Source of the DNA: Longimicrobiales bacterium
GTDB lineage: Bacteria; Gemmatimonadota; Gemmatimonadetes; Longimicrobiales; Gaopeijiaceae
Direction: 5' to 3'
Assembly (NCBI GenBank): GCA_965218295.1
Contig: CBDCKN010000009.1
Span: 448,001-512,000, forward strand
Length of the DNA: 64,000 nt
The notes beneath the pieces are model-generated. The model ran no database searches. It was not told the origin of the DNA and was given only the letters and a program-made list of their open reading frames with translations. Of this stretch, positions 47,902-60,802 are shown piece by piece (the stretch's first letter is position 1; each line of letters opens with the position of its first letter). The position numbers were made by a program, and so were the translations under genes.

Positions 47902-50850
47902 TCAGCGCTGGATCTCCTTGATCCGAATCCCCCTCCACTGCACCCCGAGCCCCACGTTCTCATCCGGGACGGAGTGGACCTGTAACGCAATGAATCCGCT
48001 CGGTGTGAGCGGGTCCAGGATGTCCGTGACCAGCACACCGTTCACCCAGGTGCGGATGTGATCCCCCACGGCCTCGATGCGGAAGTGATTCCACTCGTCC
48101 TGGCGAAAGGCAGCCTGCGCCGTGGGACGTCCGTCCAGCGGGAAGAGCCACCCGCGCCGGGCCTCATCGTAGAGCCCTCCGGTCCACTTCCGATCCGATG
48201 GGTCGATCTCGATCTGATAGCCGTGAACCCGACCGTTCTGGTACTCCGGTAGGCTGTGGCTCCTGATCTGGACGCCCGAGTTCATGTTCCGATCCACGAG
48301 GAATTCCAGCTCCAGAATGAAGTCGGAATACTCCCGATCCGTGGCCAGGAAACTGTTGGGCGAGTCCGCAACCGAAGTCCCGACAATCCTGCCGTCCCGC
48401 GCCTCGTAGCTGGCCGTGCCGTTCAGGAGGCCCCATCCGTCGAGCGACTCTCCGTCGAGGAGCGGCGTCCACCCCCCTTCGGAAGCGCGCAGCTCTTCAG
48501 CCGTGTACGTCTCCAAGCGTGCCGGCGCACTCGCCCGCACGTCGCCCACGAAGTCCGCCGAGACGGCGGTGGCCTGGTTCCCCCAGGCGTTACGCACGTA
48601 AGTCAGCGCGTCGGCGATCTGTTCGTCCGTGAAGGGCGTGGAGCGCACCGCGGGCATTACACCCACGATCTCTGGCACATCGTACGTCGTTCCGTCCACG
48701 GACACGGGACCACTCATCCCATCGAGAACGAGACGAACGAGGCGATCTGCGTCCTGCAACGCCCACTGCGAGCGCACGAGTGGGGGCGCGGTTGCAGGGA
48801 GTCCCATTCCATCGGTTCCGTGGCACGTCCCGCAATACTCCGAATACACCGCCTCACCGGCTGCGAACTGGGGCGCCAACTCGGCGGGAAGGGGGCGCTC
48901 AGCCACCGGAGTCGCGAGCGCGAGGCCCGCCGCACTTCTCACCGCGCCGACAACCCGCCCTTCCTCGACTCCCGACTCGGAAGCGAACTGCGCGAACGCG
49001 TCTTCACGGTCCTCGAGTGCACCAAGAATGCCATCGATGAGGATGGGGGCCTCGCGGTGCCGGTCAGCCAGTGTGAGCTGAATGCCCCAGGCTCGGTCCC
49101 TATTTGTCGCAGAGAGCGTGGCAGCCGCTGCAGCGATCTGCGGTGCGACTTGGGCCGTAGACGACTCCGCCAGACGCTCCAGCAGGCCCAGCGCCCGTGC
49201 GGCCTGCCCCGTGGGCACTGCAGATGTGAGACCGGCAACGGCCCCAATGAGTCTCGAGTCGCCTGAGGCCACTGCAGATTCCAAAGCCCCCACGCTGAGT
49301 CGCCCAATACCCTCTAGAGTCCACAACGCGTGGAAGCGGGCTCGCGGGTCCGCATGCCCGGCGGCCATGGCCTCCAGTTGCCCCTGTATGTCCATGGCCT
49401 GCCGCTCCACGAGCAACCGCTGTGCCGTGTCCCGCCACCAACCGTTCGGATGGGCGAGATGGCCCACCAGCTCCGAGGACGAGGCGTTCCCGAGGTCCGG
49501 TGCCGGACCAAGCTCCGCTCCAGCCCACTTCACCCGATAGATCCGTCCGAGCCCGATGGGGAGTGCAAGCCCGCGGCTCGCGATCTGGCGCTTGAGGTAA
49601 TCCGTCAGGTAAGTGACGTGCTCAATCACGCCCCTGTACATGTCCACGACGTAGAGGCTGCCGTCAGGAGCCGTATACCCGTTCACCGGCCGGAATCGCT
49701 CATCACCCGAGGTGAGGAACTCCCTTCCCTCGTAGGGGAGTGCACCCTCGACTCGTCCATCGACGTCTTCGAGGAGCACGCGCTTCACGAGATGACCCGC
49801 AGGCTCCTGAACGAACGCGTTCCCCCGATACGCCTCCGGGAAGTTGTCCCCCCGGTAGATGACAGGCCCCGCCGCCGACGTGACGTTGGCCAGGCGCCCG
49901 TTGTCGGCCAGCGTTTGTGGCCGGTAGCCCCGGTTTACGCCCGGAGTGACGCGGCTCGGGAAGACCTGGTTGGAGACCCTTCTCGCACCGTATGGCGAGG
50001 GCGAAGAAGCCCGGTGGTGCGGGTTGCTGAGGAAGGTGCTGGGCGGGAAGTCGTCTCCGCGCAGCGTCGTGCTGTTGTCATTGTAGAAGAGACGCCCCCA
50101 GTCGTCCTGCGTGATGCCCCACTGGCCCCGGAACTCGGTGGTCTCCCTCAACCATTCGCCGTCTTTCAATCGATAGCGAACATCCGATTTCGCGCTGTAG
50201 ATCCAGTTATCGGCCGCGACCAGCAGCCCGTTCGGCTGGTGATCAGGGTTGCCCCCCACCGCGTAGAGCGAGTCGATGATCGTGACCTGCCCCGCTCCAT
50301 AGCCACGCTTCTCCACGAAGAGGAGGTTGGGGGGTTCAGCTACTAGGATCCCCCCGGCGTACACGGCAATCGCTCGCGGGAGAACGAGTTCGTCCATGAA
50401 GACCGTGGAGGACTCGTACCGGCCATCGGAGTCTAGATCGCGGAGAACCACGATGCGTCCCACGGGCTCGTCCTCTCCCGTGCCGTCCAGCGTGGGCATG
50501 TAGCCCCGCATCTCGACGACCCACATCGCTCCGTTTTCATCGAAGGAGAGCGCCACCGGATCGACCACGTCCGGCTCGGCCGCGACCATTTGCACTTCGA
50601 ACCCCGGCTCGAGAGCCAAATCCGCGAGCGCTTCTTCGGCGGAGAGGACTGGGGCGGGAGGAACGCTGTCCGGATGCACCACGTCCACGTTCTGGTCGGC
50701 GTCCCCGGTCTCCGCGGCCGCGACACTCCCGTCGGCATCGGGGCGCGGGTTCGCATCAGGTGCGCTACAGCCCAACATCACCGCACCCATGACCACCCAC
50801 GCACGAGCCGACACCCAGTACTTGAACAGTGGCTCAGGATGGGCAGTCAC
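47902..50850 (-). CDS. PVC-type membrane-bound dehydrogenase-like lipoprotein with cytochrome c and DUF1080 (3-keto-disaccharide hydrolase-like) domains
   Basis: Lipobox MLGC; FEVQMVAAEP..DPV..WVVEM beta-propeller; CGTCH heme motif; NSGVQIRS..GYQIEI..WNHFRI..GFIALQVH. GTG 50850 has a GGGAG RBS. Confidence 0.88.
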   Translation of the reverse strand: MTAHPEPLFKYWVSARAWVVMGAVMLGCSAPDANPRPDADGSVAAAETGDADQNVDVVHPDSVPPAPVLSAEEALADLALEPGFEVQMVAAEPDVVDPVALSFDENGAMWVVEMRGYMPTLDGTGEDEPVGRIVVLRDLDSDGRYESSTVFMDELVLPRAIAVYAGGILVAEPPNLLFVEKRGYGAGQVTIIDSLYAVGGNPDHQPNGLLVAADNWIYSAKSDVRYRLKDGEWLRETTEFRGQWGITQDDWGRLFYNDNSTTLRGDDFPPSTFLSNPHHRASSPSPYGARRVSNQVFPSRVTPGVNRGYRPQTLADNGRLANVTSAAGPVIYRGDNFPEAYRGNAFVQEPAGHLVKRVLLEDVDGRVEGALPYEGREFLTSGDERFRPVNGYTAPDGSLYVVDMYRGVIEHVTYLTDYLKRQIASRGLALPIGLGRIYRVKWAGAELGPAPDLGNASSSELVGHLAHPNGWWRDTAQRLLVERQAMDIQGQLEAMAAGHADPRARFHALWTLEGIGRLSVGALESAVASGDSRLIGAVAGLTSAVPTGQAARALGLLERLAESSTAQVAPQIAAAAATLSATNRDRAWGIQLTLADRHREAPILIDGILGALEDREDAFAQFASESGVEEGRVVGAVRSAAGLALATPVAERPLPAELAPQFAAGEAVYSEYCGTCHGTDGMGLPATAPPLVRSQWALQDADRLVRLVLDGMSGPVSVDGTTYDVPEIVGVMPAVRSTPFTDEQIADALTYVRNAWGNQATAVSADFVGDVRASAPARLETYTAEELRASEGGWTPLLDGESLDGWGLLNGTASYEARDGRIVGTSVADSPNSFLATDREYSDFILELEFLVDRNMNSGVQIRSHSLPEYQNGRVHGYQIEIDPSDRKWTGGLYDEARRGWLFPLDGRPTAQAAFRQDEWNHFRIEAVGDHIRTWVNGVLVTDILDPLTPSGFIALQVHSVPDENVGLGVQWRGIRIKEIQR

Positions 50851-50976
50851 TAGTTGTTCTCCCGTGGAAGTTCCTCTCGCGCATTGCGGAAGCGGGGAGC
50901 ATAATGCCGGGTGCACGAGCGGGGTGGCAAGCTTCGCCCTGCCCTGCCATCTCCAACTCACTCCGGAAGGCTCCAC

Positions 50977-52698
50977 ATGCGACTGCACGTCGTCGATAGC
51001 GGTCTGTTCGTCACCGACTGTCGCACGCGCCTGCCCTTCCGCTTCGGCGCGGTCACCATGACGGAGGCACCCCTGTGCCTGGCCATGCTGGAGATCGAGA
51101 CCGAAGACGGCCGACGGACTCGTGGATATTCGTCGGACCTGTTGGTGCCTAAGTGGTTCGACAAGGATCCCGCCAAGTCCCCGCAGGAAAACTCGCGGGA
51201 CCTCTTGGCCAGCGCCCACGCCGCAGCACGCGCGTTTCGCGATGAGCCACCTTCGACTGTCTTCGACAGCTGGTGGTCGGTTTATCAGCAGCGGGTCGAG
51301 TCGTAGCCGTTCGGCCAAGGGGATCAGCTCGTACGTGGCTTCGGAGTCGCGCTGTGTGAGCGGGCGCTGATGGATGCGGCTTGTCGGGCCGCCGACGTCA
51401 GCTTCTTCACCGCGTGGAGGCAGGACCTGTTCGCGTTCCAGCCCCACCTCCTGTATGCCGCCCTCGCCGGTTGGTTGCTTTCGGCATCGTTGGCCGAGGC
51501 TCCGGCTACTCGGGTCCGTGTTCGTCATACCATCGGCCTGACGGATGCGCTACGTGAGGCCGAGCTGGAGACCCCACTAAACGACGGCTTCCCGCAGGCT
51601 TTGAAGCAAGACATTGCCGTCTACGGACTCGACACCTTCAAGGTGAAGATCGGCGGCGGGCACGACGTGGACGTGGCCCGGTTGCAGTCGCTTGCCGAGT
51701 TCTTCGATGACACGCTCGACGACTATCAGGTCACGGTGGACGGCAACGAGCAGTTCCACACACTCGACGAACTCGTGGCGCTCTTCGAAGCGGTCGGAGA
51801 AGCTGTCCCAACCGTAGTTGAAGGTTCCTGATAGGGGAGAAAGAAAAGTGGTGGCTCCGGGGGTCCCGGGCCGATAGGCTCGGGTAGGCAAAAACCCCAA
51901 CACGGAGCCACCACGATGAAGAGAACGTACGAGGTAAGGGATCGGGCGGACAAGCGCGCGATCAGGGAGTTCCTGAAGCGGGAGGGGCAGTTTCTGCTTC
52001 CGATGCTTGAGCTCGTGGAGCAGACGGAGGTCGCGATCGACGAAGTCATCCAGGTGATGGGACGAGCGACGATCGAAGCGGTGCTGGAGATGAGCGCCGA
52101 GGGTGTGGCAGGCGTGAAGCAGGCAGGTCGGTCACGAGCGGAAGACGACACGGTGTGGTATGGCCGGCAGGGTGGTGTGGTTTACCTGTCGGACCGGAAG
52201 GTGCGTGTGGAGCGGCCACGGCTCAGGCGCCGGGGCGCCGGGGAGGGTGGCGAGGTCGAGGTGCCGGCGTACGCAGCGATGCGGAGACCGGGCGCCGTGG
52301 CGGATCGGATGCTCGAGGTCCTGATGGCGGGGGTGAGCACGCGGAAGTACGGCCGTGTGATCGGTGAGATGGCCGACACGGTCGGGGTGAGCAAGTCGGC
52401 GGTGAGCCGTGAGACGGTCGAGGCCTCGGAGCGCGTGCTGAAGGAGCTGATGGAGCGCCGGCTGGATGCGTGGGACCTCCTGGTGATCTTCATGGAACGC
52501 AACGGCCATCACTATTTCCGTGGGCTCGACCATCTCTCCGAACGGGAGATCGAATACGCGCTGGCAGAGCACCCCGAGTTGTACACGAGACACGACGGCG
52601 GTGCGCGGCTCGACATTCAGGCGGGCGAGTTGAAGCTCCATTCGCTCCAGCGCTCCGGGTATGGCGCTGTTGGCGATCCCGACCTCGAGAGGGAGTAG
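50977..52698 (+). pseudogene. Mandelate racemase/enolase-superfamily protein; internal stop, IS256 insertion and deletion
   Basis: RLPFRFG..T, FKVKIGG, TVDGNEQ, C-terminal ERNGHHYFRG. TAG at 51304; IS fragment at 51799-52489. Confidence 0.75.
51799..52489 (+). mobile_element. IS256-family element type b, 5' half only
   Basis: Left end GAAGCTGTCCCAACCGTAGTTGAAGG. Transposase from 51916 is cut at ...DLLVI and fused to the host gene tail. Confidence 0.9.
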
Positions 52699-52701
52699 TT
52701 C

Positions 52702-54142
52702 GTGGAGTACAAACCACCAGGAAGGCACCGCAGCGTAGCCGACTTCCGTGACCACCTGCGCGCCTTGAATCCGGCGTTCGACTGTGACGAAGAGTTGCTC
52801 GGTGCCGCCGGCCCTCTCGGTCAGACGCTGGACCTCGGTCATCGAAAGCTGGGAAACCGTTTCGCCACTCAACCCATGGAAGGGTGGGACGCCACGGACG
52901 AAGGCCTGCCCTCGGAACAGACGCTTCGCCGTTGGAGGCGGTTCGGCTCCAGCGGTGCCACTCTGATCTGGGGTGGCGAGGCCTTCGCGGTTCAGGCCGA
53001 CGGCCGAGCCAACCCCAACCAGCTGTACATGAACGACGATGTAGACGTCGTCGGGGGTCTCCAGAGCCTCATCGCCGAGGTGCGCGCCGGCCACGCCGAG
53101 CAAGGGCTGGACCCCGAGGATCCGTACATCGGGGCTGCAGTTGACCCACTCCGGGCGCTTCGCACGGCCGAACGGGCCTCTCGAGCCACGCATTGCGTAT
53201 CACCACGAGCCGCTTGAGGACAAATACGGGATCGACAGCGGCATCGAGCCACTCACGGACGCCGAACTCGAGGCAATCGGCGACAACTACGTGATCGCGG
53301 CTGAGGCGGCCGAGCGCGCCGGTTTCGACTTCGTCGACGTGAAGTGTTGCCACGGCTACCTGCTGCACGAGTTACTCGGAGCCCACCGACGTGAGGGCGA
53401 ATACGGTGGCTCGTTCGAGAACCGCACGCGCTTGTTCCGTCGCATCGTGGACGGCATCCGCAGCCGTTGCCCGAAGCTCGACATCGGAGTGCGCGTCTCG
53501 CTGGTCGATGTGTTTCCGCACAGGGCGAACCCGGAAACCCGCCTGGGCGAAGCCGCCGACTGGGAACGACACGTACCGTACGACCTCGGCTTCGGAGTCG
53601 ACGCCGACGATCCGCGCCGCTTCGACTTTGCTGACGGCATGCGCTTCCTCGAGCTGGTCGAAGGCCTCGGCATCCGACTGGTCAACTTGACGCTCGGATC
53701 ACCCTACTACTGCCCGCACTTGCAGCGTCCGGCAACGTATCCGCCCAGCGATGGTTACCTACCGCCGGAAGACCCGCTGCTCAGTGTCATCGCACACCTC
53801 GAGTGCGCGAGGCGGGCCAAGGCGGCCTTTCCCAACCTCGTCATCGTGGGCACCGGGTACAGCTACCTGCAGGAGTACCTGCCGCACGTCGCCCAGCACG
53901 AAGTCGGGTAACGGTCACGTGGACATCGTCGGCCTCGGTCGCATGGCGCTCATCTACCCGGACCTGGCCAAAGACGTACTCGCCCGTAAGCCGCTGGAAA
54001 GAAACGCATCTGCCGGACCTTCAGCGACTGCACCACCGCTCCGCGAAATGGCATGGTCAGTGGCTGCTATCCGCTCGACCCGTACTACAAGGACACCCCG
54101 GAAGCGAAGCGTCTCAAGGAGATCAAGAAGGCACAACGATGA
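52702..54142 (+). pseudogene. NADH:flavin oxidoreductase (Old Yellow Enzyme family), frameshifted
   Basis: QPMEGWD, QLTHSGR, AGFDFVDVKCCHGYLLHE, YGGSFENR, terminal C..FSDC..GCYP spread over several frames. Confidence 0.85.
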
Positions 54143-57069
54143 GCGACCGCAACGTCGACGCCGATCAACTCCGAGAGATGCGACGTGGGCTGCGCATGTC
54201 GCACCCACCCGATCCCGAGAAGCTCGCGGCAGAGAGAGAGCTTCTCACCGAGCTCGAAAGCGCGACTCCTCTGCGGCGCACTCGAGGATTCCTGAAGCTC
54301 ACCGGCCCAGGCTACATGCAGAGCGCCATGACGCTCGGCGGTGGCACCGCAATCGCCTCACTCGGCGCCGGTGGATGGTGTCCCGCTGACAGTTGAAGGT
54401 GGTGGCTCCGGAGAGTCTCCTTGTCAGCCTGCCTTTCTCATTTCGGCAACCGGTTCATGGTCGTCGAGGTGGGCCCTGAGCATCCAGAGCTGGTCGTAGC
54501 CGATGATCCTCCGGTAGCTCTTCTCGGTCTCCACGAACGAGGCCGCAGCCCAGCGCAAGGCCATCGCTCCGTTCTTCCAGTTGGTCACCCTGCGGGTCTT
54601 CTGTCTTACACCCGAGTGGGTGCTGTCGATCAGGTTGGTCGAGCCCAGGCACTTCCTCAGCCGCGGCGGGAGGCCGAGCCGGTTGATCGTGAACATCTCG
54701 CTGAGGCCTTCGCGTAGGCTGGCCGAGGCCGAGGGGTGGTCGCGCTCGAGCCATCGGGCGAGCTGCTCGAGCTTCTGCTCGCCCTGCTTCGCGTCCAGCT
54801 TCATCGCCGCCCGGAACGCCGCCTTCACCTGAGGATGCTGATCCTTCGGCAGATGACCCAGCACGTTGCGGAGCTTGTGGTTGCGGCAGCGCTGGATGGG
54901 GTGACGTTGGCCGAACACCTTCTCGATCGCCTTCCTGAGCGCTTTCGAGCCATCGATCACGAACAGCCGCCGCCTGCCCGGGTCCAGGCCGCGCTCGACC
55001 AGATCCTCTAGGAGCGCCGCTGGTCACCTCGGCGTTCTCACTCGCTCCTTCCCTCACGCCCAGCACGTGCTTCTTTCCGTCTGAGTCCACGCCTACCGCA
55101 GCAAGCACGTGGTGCGAGCCCATCTGGATCCCGTCCAGGTAGATCACCAGGAGGTCCCACGCATCCAGCCGGCGCTCCATCAGCTCCTTCAGCACGCGCT
55201 CCGAGGCCTCGACCGTCTCACGGCTCACCGCCGACTTGCTCACCCCGACCGTGTCGGCCATCTCACCGATCACACGGCCGTACTTCCGCGTGCTCACCCC
55301 CGCCATCAGGACCTCGAGCATCCGATCCGCCACGGCGCCCGGTCTCCGCATCGCTGCGTACGCCGGCACCTCGACCTCGCCACCCTCCCCGGCGCCCCGG
55401 CGCCTGAGCCGTGGCCGCTCCACACGCACCTTCCCGTCCGACAGGTAAACCACACCACCCTGCCGGCCATACCACACCGTGTCGTCTTCCGCTCGTGACC
55501 GACCTGCCTGCTTCACGCCTGCCACACCCTCGGCGCTCATCTCCAGCACCGCTTCGATCGTCGCTCGTCCCATCACCTGGATGACTTCGTCGATCGCGAC
55601 CTCCGTCTGCTCCACGAGCTCAAGCATCGGAAGCAGAAACTGCCCCTCCCGCTTCAGGAACTCCCTGATCGCGCGCTTGTCCGCCCGATCCCTTACCTCG
55701 TACGTTCTCTTCATCGTGGTGGCTCCGTGTTGGGGTTTTTGCCTACCCGAGCCTATCGGCCCGGGACCCCCGGAGCCACCACTTTTCTTTCTCCCCTATC
55801 AGGAACCTTCAACTACGGTTGGGACAGCTTCCGCCGGTGCCGCGTTCGGCTACAAGCTGCTGTGGGTGGCGCCCACTGCGATGCTGCTTGGCATCATCAT
55901 GCTGACGGCTGTCTCCCATCAGACGCTGTCCACCGGCATGCGCCCGTTCGACGCCATGGCGCGCTTCGCGGGCAAGCCCCTGGCATGGGCTTGGGCCATT
56001 GGCGCGTTGATGTCGTCCATCATCTGGCACTTCCCTCAGTACTCGCTGGCATCCGCCGGGCTCGTGGACATCGGCGCGGCCTTCGGTCAGACGTGGCGGC
56101 CACAGTACATGAGCTTCGTGGTTCTGGCCTGGGCCATCGGGCCTGTCCTTGTTGTACGGCAAGTCAGCGAAGTGGGTGCGTCTGTACGAACGCCTACTCA
56201 AGTACATGGTGTGGGGCATCGTGATGTGCTTCGGCTACGTCGTGTTCAAGACGGGTGTCGATTGGTCGGGAGTCGCCGAGGGACTCACGTTCCAGCTTCC
56301 GGAAAGCCGCGAAGGCGTGGCCGCGGTCACGCTGGTGCTGAGCGGACTGTCTGCGGCCGTCGGCGTGAACATGTTGTTCTTGTACCCCTACAGTCTGCTG
56401 GCACGCGGCTGGGGGCGGGAGCACCGCCGCGTGGCCCGCTTCGACCTGTACGTCGGCATGTTCATCCCGTACGTGCTGGCCACCGGTCTCATCGTCATCG
56501 CCTCGGCCAATACACTCTACGATGGCTTCGCCGGCGATTCGATCGGTGCGGTCGATGCCGCGCAGTCGCTGGCGGCAGTCATCGGTCCAAAGCTCGGTCG
56601 AAGCATCTTCGACCTCGGCCTCATTGGGATGGCTCTGAGTTCGATCTCGCTGCAGATGCTCACGTGCGGCTTCGTCGCCACCGAGCTGTTGGGCTGGGAA
56701 GTCGGATCACGAAAGCACCAGTTGGCGATGTTGATTCCGACGCCCGGTGTGCTCGGACCCGTGCTGTGGACGAAGCTGCTGTGGCTGGCGGTGCCAACGA
56801 ACATCCTCTCGGGCTTGTTTCTACCGGCGGCCTATTTGGGCTTCACGTTGCTGCAGCGCAATAAGAGCTACATGGGCGACGATCTAGTGTCGGGCACACG
56901 CGGCCGCGTCTGGTTCGGGGCCATGTTGGCCGTCACCGTCTTCATGGTCGTGTTCCTCGCCTGGTACATGATCCAATACGGCCCGGCTACCTCGACACCT
57001 ACTTTAACCAGGTCGAGGGGTAGGACTCGCGCCTCACCGTGGACACCCCACGTGGCCCGCTCACCATAG
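54139..57069 (+). pseudogene. NRAMP-like membrane transporter interrupted by IS256 and frameshifted
   Basis: GPGYMQSAMTLGGG..ASL.AGA|AFGYKLLWV, AAVGVNMLFLYPY, multiple TM segments. Confidence 0.8.
54374..55831 (-). mobile_element. IS256-family element type b, full length (1458 bp; transposase 54424-55714 with one frameshift)
   Basis: TIRs GATGGTGTCCCGCTGACAGTTGAAGG / GAAGCTGTCCCAACCGTAGTTGAAGG; 8-bp TSD CGCCGGTG. Confidence 0.95.
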
Positions 57070-57564
57070 ATGACCGCCAACTAGACGAGCATCGCGCGCG
57101 CCTCGCGTCGGTCGGCGACGTGCCGCCTGCCCGCCGAGCGTACGCTGCGACACGCGTGGTGATGCGCCCGGACTACGCTGAGCGGGACCATCGCCTAGAT
57201 CATCCGGGCGACGCTGACGAGATCGCTGACGGGATCGACTGGCAGAGCACCATGCAGCTGCGCCGCCACCTCGCTGCTCGTGGCTTCGGGATCGCCGAGG
57301 CGATGGACACCGCGCAGCGCTTCTTCCTGGGTTGGCCGAGCGCAGAGCGCCTGATCCGCGAGTGCGGCGCCCTCGACCTCGAGCACGGCTTCCTTGCGGG
57401 TGCGGGCGTCGATCATCTGAAGACCGTGGACTCGATGACGCAGCTCGTGGATGGTGTCGTCGCACAGGCCAGCCTCATCCAGGAGTGCGGCGGCTCTGTC
57501 ATCCTGCTGCCGCTCGCCCACCTCCCGAAGTCCGGGTCAGACAGCGACAGCTACGTCGATGTCT

Positions 57565-60500
57565 GAAGCTGTCCCAACCGTAGTTGAAGGTTCCTGATAG
57601 GGGAGAAAGAAAAGTGGTGGCTCCGGGGGGTCCCGGGCCGATAGGCTCGGGTAGGCAAAAACCCCAACACGGAGCCACCACGATGAAGAGAACGTACGAG
57701 GTAAGGGATCGGGCGGACAAGCGCGCGATCAGGGAGTTCCTGAAGCGGGAGGGGCAGTTTCTGCTTCCGATGCTTGAGCTCGTGGAGCAGACGGAGGTCG
57801 CGATCGACGAAGTCATCCAGGTGATGGGACGAGCGACGATCGAAGCGGTGCTGGAGATGAGCCCTCTCTGCCAACTTACGTGAGACACAGAGCAGCTAAG
57901 GAATTAGAGTAGGGCGAAGGCAGAGAAACCGAGGATGCTGAGACACCGTGAGAGAATGAAAGAGAATGGAATAGCCCCACCAACCTGGGACGGTAAGCGA
58001 AGCGCGGCAGCTCCTGCGGACTCGGAGGTGGTAGATAGGCCGCTGCGCCGGCGGTTCGCTCCGTCGTACAAGCTGCGGATCGTCGAAGAAGCGGACCGGT
58101 GCACGGAGCCCGGAGAGGTTGGCCGACTCCTACGGCGGGAGGGCTTGTACTCGTCGCACCTGACGACATGGCGCAAGGCGGCGCATAGCGGGTCCCTGAA
58201 AGCGCTGTCGAAGAAACGAGGCCGTAAGCGCGAGCGCAATCCGCTGGAGGAGAAGGTGCGCAAGCTGGAGCGCGAGAACACTCGCCTCGAGAAGGAGCTC
58301 CAGAAGGCGCACTTGATCATCGACGTCCAGGGAAAAGTTGCAGGGCTGCTGGGATTGAGCCTCGAGGACGGGACGAACTCATGAAGGCGACCCAGGAGCT
58401 AGCCAAGCACGTAGGGGTGAAGCCCGCGTGCGATGCGCTCAGGGTGCCGCGAGCCACGTTCTACCGTCGTCGGAGTGCATCGACCGGGCATCAGCAGCCC
58501 CGCCCGACCCCCGCCCGGGCCTTAAGTGAGAGGGAGCGGGACAAGATTTTCGACACCCTGTGTTCGGAGCGGTTCGTGGACCGGTCCCCAGCCGAGGTGG
58601 TGGCGACGCTGCTCGACGAGGACGTCTACCTGTGCAGCGAGCGTACGATGTATCGCGTTCTGGCTTCCCAGGTGCCGGTTCAGGAGCGTCGAGCGCAGCG
58701 GAGTCATCCCAAATACCAGAAGCCCGAGTTGATGGCGAGGGGCCCGAACCAGGTCTGGTCCTGGGATATCACCCGGCTGCTGGGGCCGAAGAAGTGGAGT
58801 TACTTCTACCTCTACGTGATCCTGGACATCTTCAGCCGCTACGTCGTGGGATGGATGGTGGCGGATCGGGAGAACTCTGCCCTGGCCAGCCGGCTGATCC
58901 AGCAGAGTTGCTTGAAGCATGGCGTCCAGCCCCACCTCCTGACCCTGCATTCCGATCGAGGGGCTCCGATGACGAGCCAATGCACGGCTCAACTACTCGC
59001 CGATCTCGGCGTGACCCGCTCGTTGGGCCGACCCCAGGTCTCGGATGACAATCCGTTCTCCGAGGCTCAGTTCAAGACCTTGAAGTACCATCCCTCGTTT
59101 CCCGGCCGGTTCGGGGATCAGGGGCAAGCCAAGACCTTCTGTCGCTCGTTCTTCCGTTGGTATAATGCCGAGCACCGCCATGGCGGCATCTCGATGCTGA
59201 CCCCCCGAACAGGTCCACTTCGGTCACGCCGATCGGATCATCGCCTGCAGGAAGGCCGTGCTCCGTGAGGCATGGGCCGCTCATCCCGAGCGCTTCGTCT
59301 CCGGTGAGCCGAAGCCTAAACCACTCCCGGAGGCCGTCTGGATCAATCCTCCCACCCCATCCCTCACTACACAGGAGATTGCTCTCTAATTGATTTCCAA
59401 GAGTGTCTCACTGGCGTTGACAGGTTCCGGGTCACGCCGATCGGATCATCGCCTGCAGGAAGGCCGTGCTCCGTGAGGCATGGGCCGCTCATCCCGAGCG
59501 CTTCGTCTCCGGTGAGCCGAAGCCTAAACCACTCCCGGAGGCCGTCTGGATCAATCCTCCCACCCCATCCCTCACTACACAGGAGATTGCTCTCTAATTG
59601 ATTTCCAAGAGTGTCTCACTGGCGTTGACAGGTTCCGAGCGCCGAGGGTGTGGCAGGCGTGAAGCAGGCAGGTCGGTCACGAGCGGAAGACGACACGGTG
59701 TGGTATGGCCGGCAGGGTGGTGTGGTTTACCTGTCGGACCGGAAGGTGCGTGTGGAGCGGCCACGGCTCAGGCGCCGGGGCGCCGGGGAGGGTGGCGAGG
59801 TCGAGGTGCCGGCGTACGCAGCGAATGCGGAGACCGGGCGCCGTGGCGGATCGGATGCTCGAGGTCCTGATGGCGGGGGTGAGCACGCGGAAGTACGGCC
59901 GTGTGATCGGTGAGATGGCCGACACGGTCGGGGTGAGCAAGTCGGCGGTGAGCCGTGAGACGGTCGAGGCCTCGGAGCGCGTGCTGAAGGAGCTGATGGA
60001 GCGCCGGCTGGATGCGTGGGACCTCCTGGTGATCTACCTGGACGGGATCCAGATGGGCTCGCACCACGTGCTTGCTGCGGTAGGCGTGGACTCAGACGGA
60101 AAGAAGCACGTGCTGGGCGTGAGGGAAGGAGCGAGTGAGAACGCCGAGGTGACCGGGGCGCTCCTAGAGGATCTGGTCGAGCGCGGCCTGGACCCGGGCA
60201 GGCGGCGGCTGTTCGTGATCGATGGCTCGAAAGCGCTCAGGAAGGCGATCGAGAAGGTGTTCGGCCAACGTCACCCCATCCAGCGCTGCCGCAACCACAA
60301 GCTCCGCAACGTGCTGGGGTCATCTGCCGAAGGATCAGCATCCTCAGGTGAAGGCGGCGTTCCGGGCGGCGATGAAGCTGGACGCGAAGCAGGGCGAGCA
60401 GAAGCTCGAGCAGCTCGCCCGATGGCTCGAGCGCGACCACCCCTCGGCCTCGGCCAGCCTACGCGAAGGCCTCAGCGAGATGTTCACGATCAACCGGCTC

Positions 60501-60802
60501 GGCCTCCCGCCGCGGCTGAGGAAGTGCCTGGGCTCGACCAACCTGATCGACAGCACCCACTCGGGCGTAAGACAGAAGACCCGCAGGGTGACCAACTGGA
60601 AGAACGGAGCGATGGCCTTGCGCTGGGCTGCGGCCTCGTTCGTGGAGACCGAGAAGAGCTACCGGAGGATCATCGGCTACGACCAGCTCTGGATGCTCAG
60701 GGCCCACCTCGACGACCATGAACCGGTTGCCGAAATGAGAAAGGCAGGCTAACAAGGAGACTCTCCGGAGCCACCACCTTCAACTGTCAGCGGGACACCA
60801 TC
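57565..60802 (+). mobile_element. IS256-family element type b carrying a nested IS3
   Basis: Same TIRs as the full-length copy; 8-bp TSD CGATGTCT (57557-57564, 60803-60810); transposase 57683-60752 interrupted and frameshifted. Confidence 0.95.
57862..59637 (+). mobile_element. IS3-family element, copy E, with 208-bp tandem duplication of the right end
   Basis: 2-bp TSD AG inside the IS256 transposase; 59222-59429 repeated at 59430-59637; orfA 57935-58384; orfB has the same +1 C as copy C. Confidence 0.93.

Noticed and set aside
51304..51306. In-frame TAG as pyrrolysine or readthrough
   Set aside because: It is not at a recognisable motif, and the gene is also IS-disrupted and partly deleted; a simple nonsense mutation is likelier.
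50851..51528. 226-aa N-terminal extension of the 1208-aa ORF
   Set aside because: It is antisense to the enolase-like gene; the RBS and lipoprotein signal place the start at 50850.
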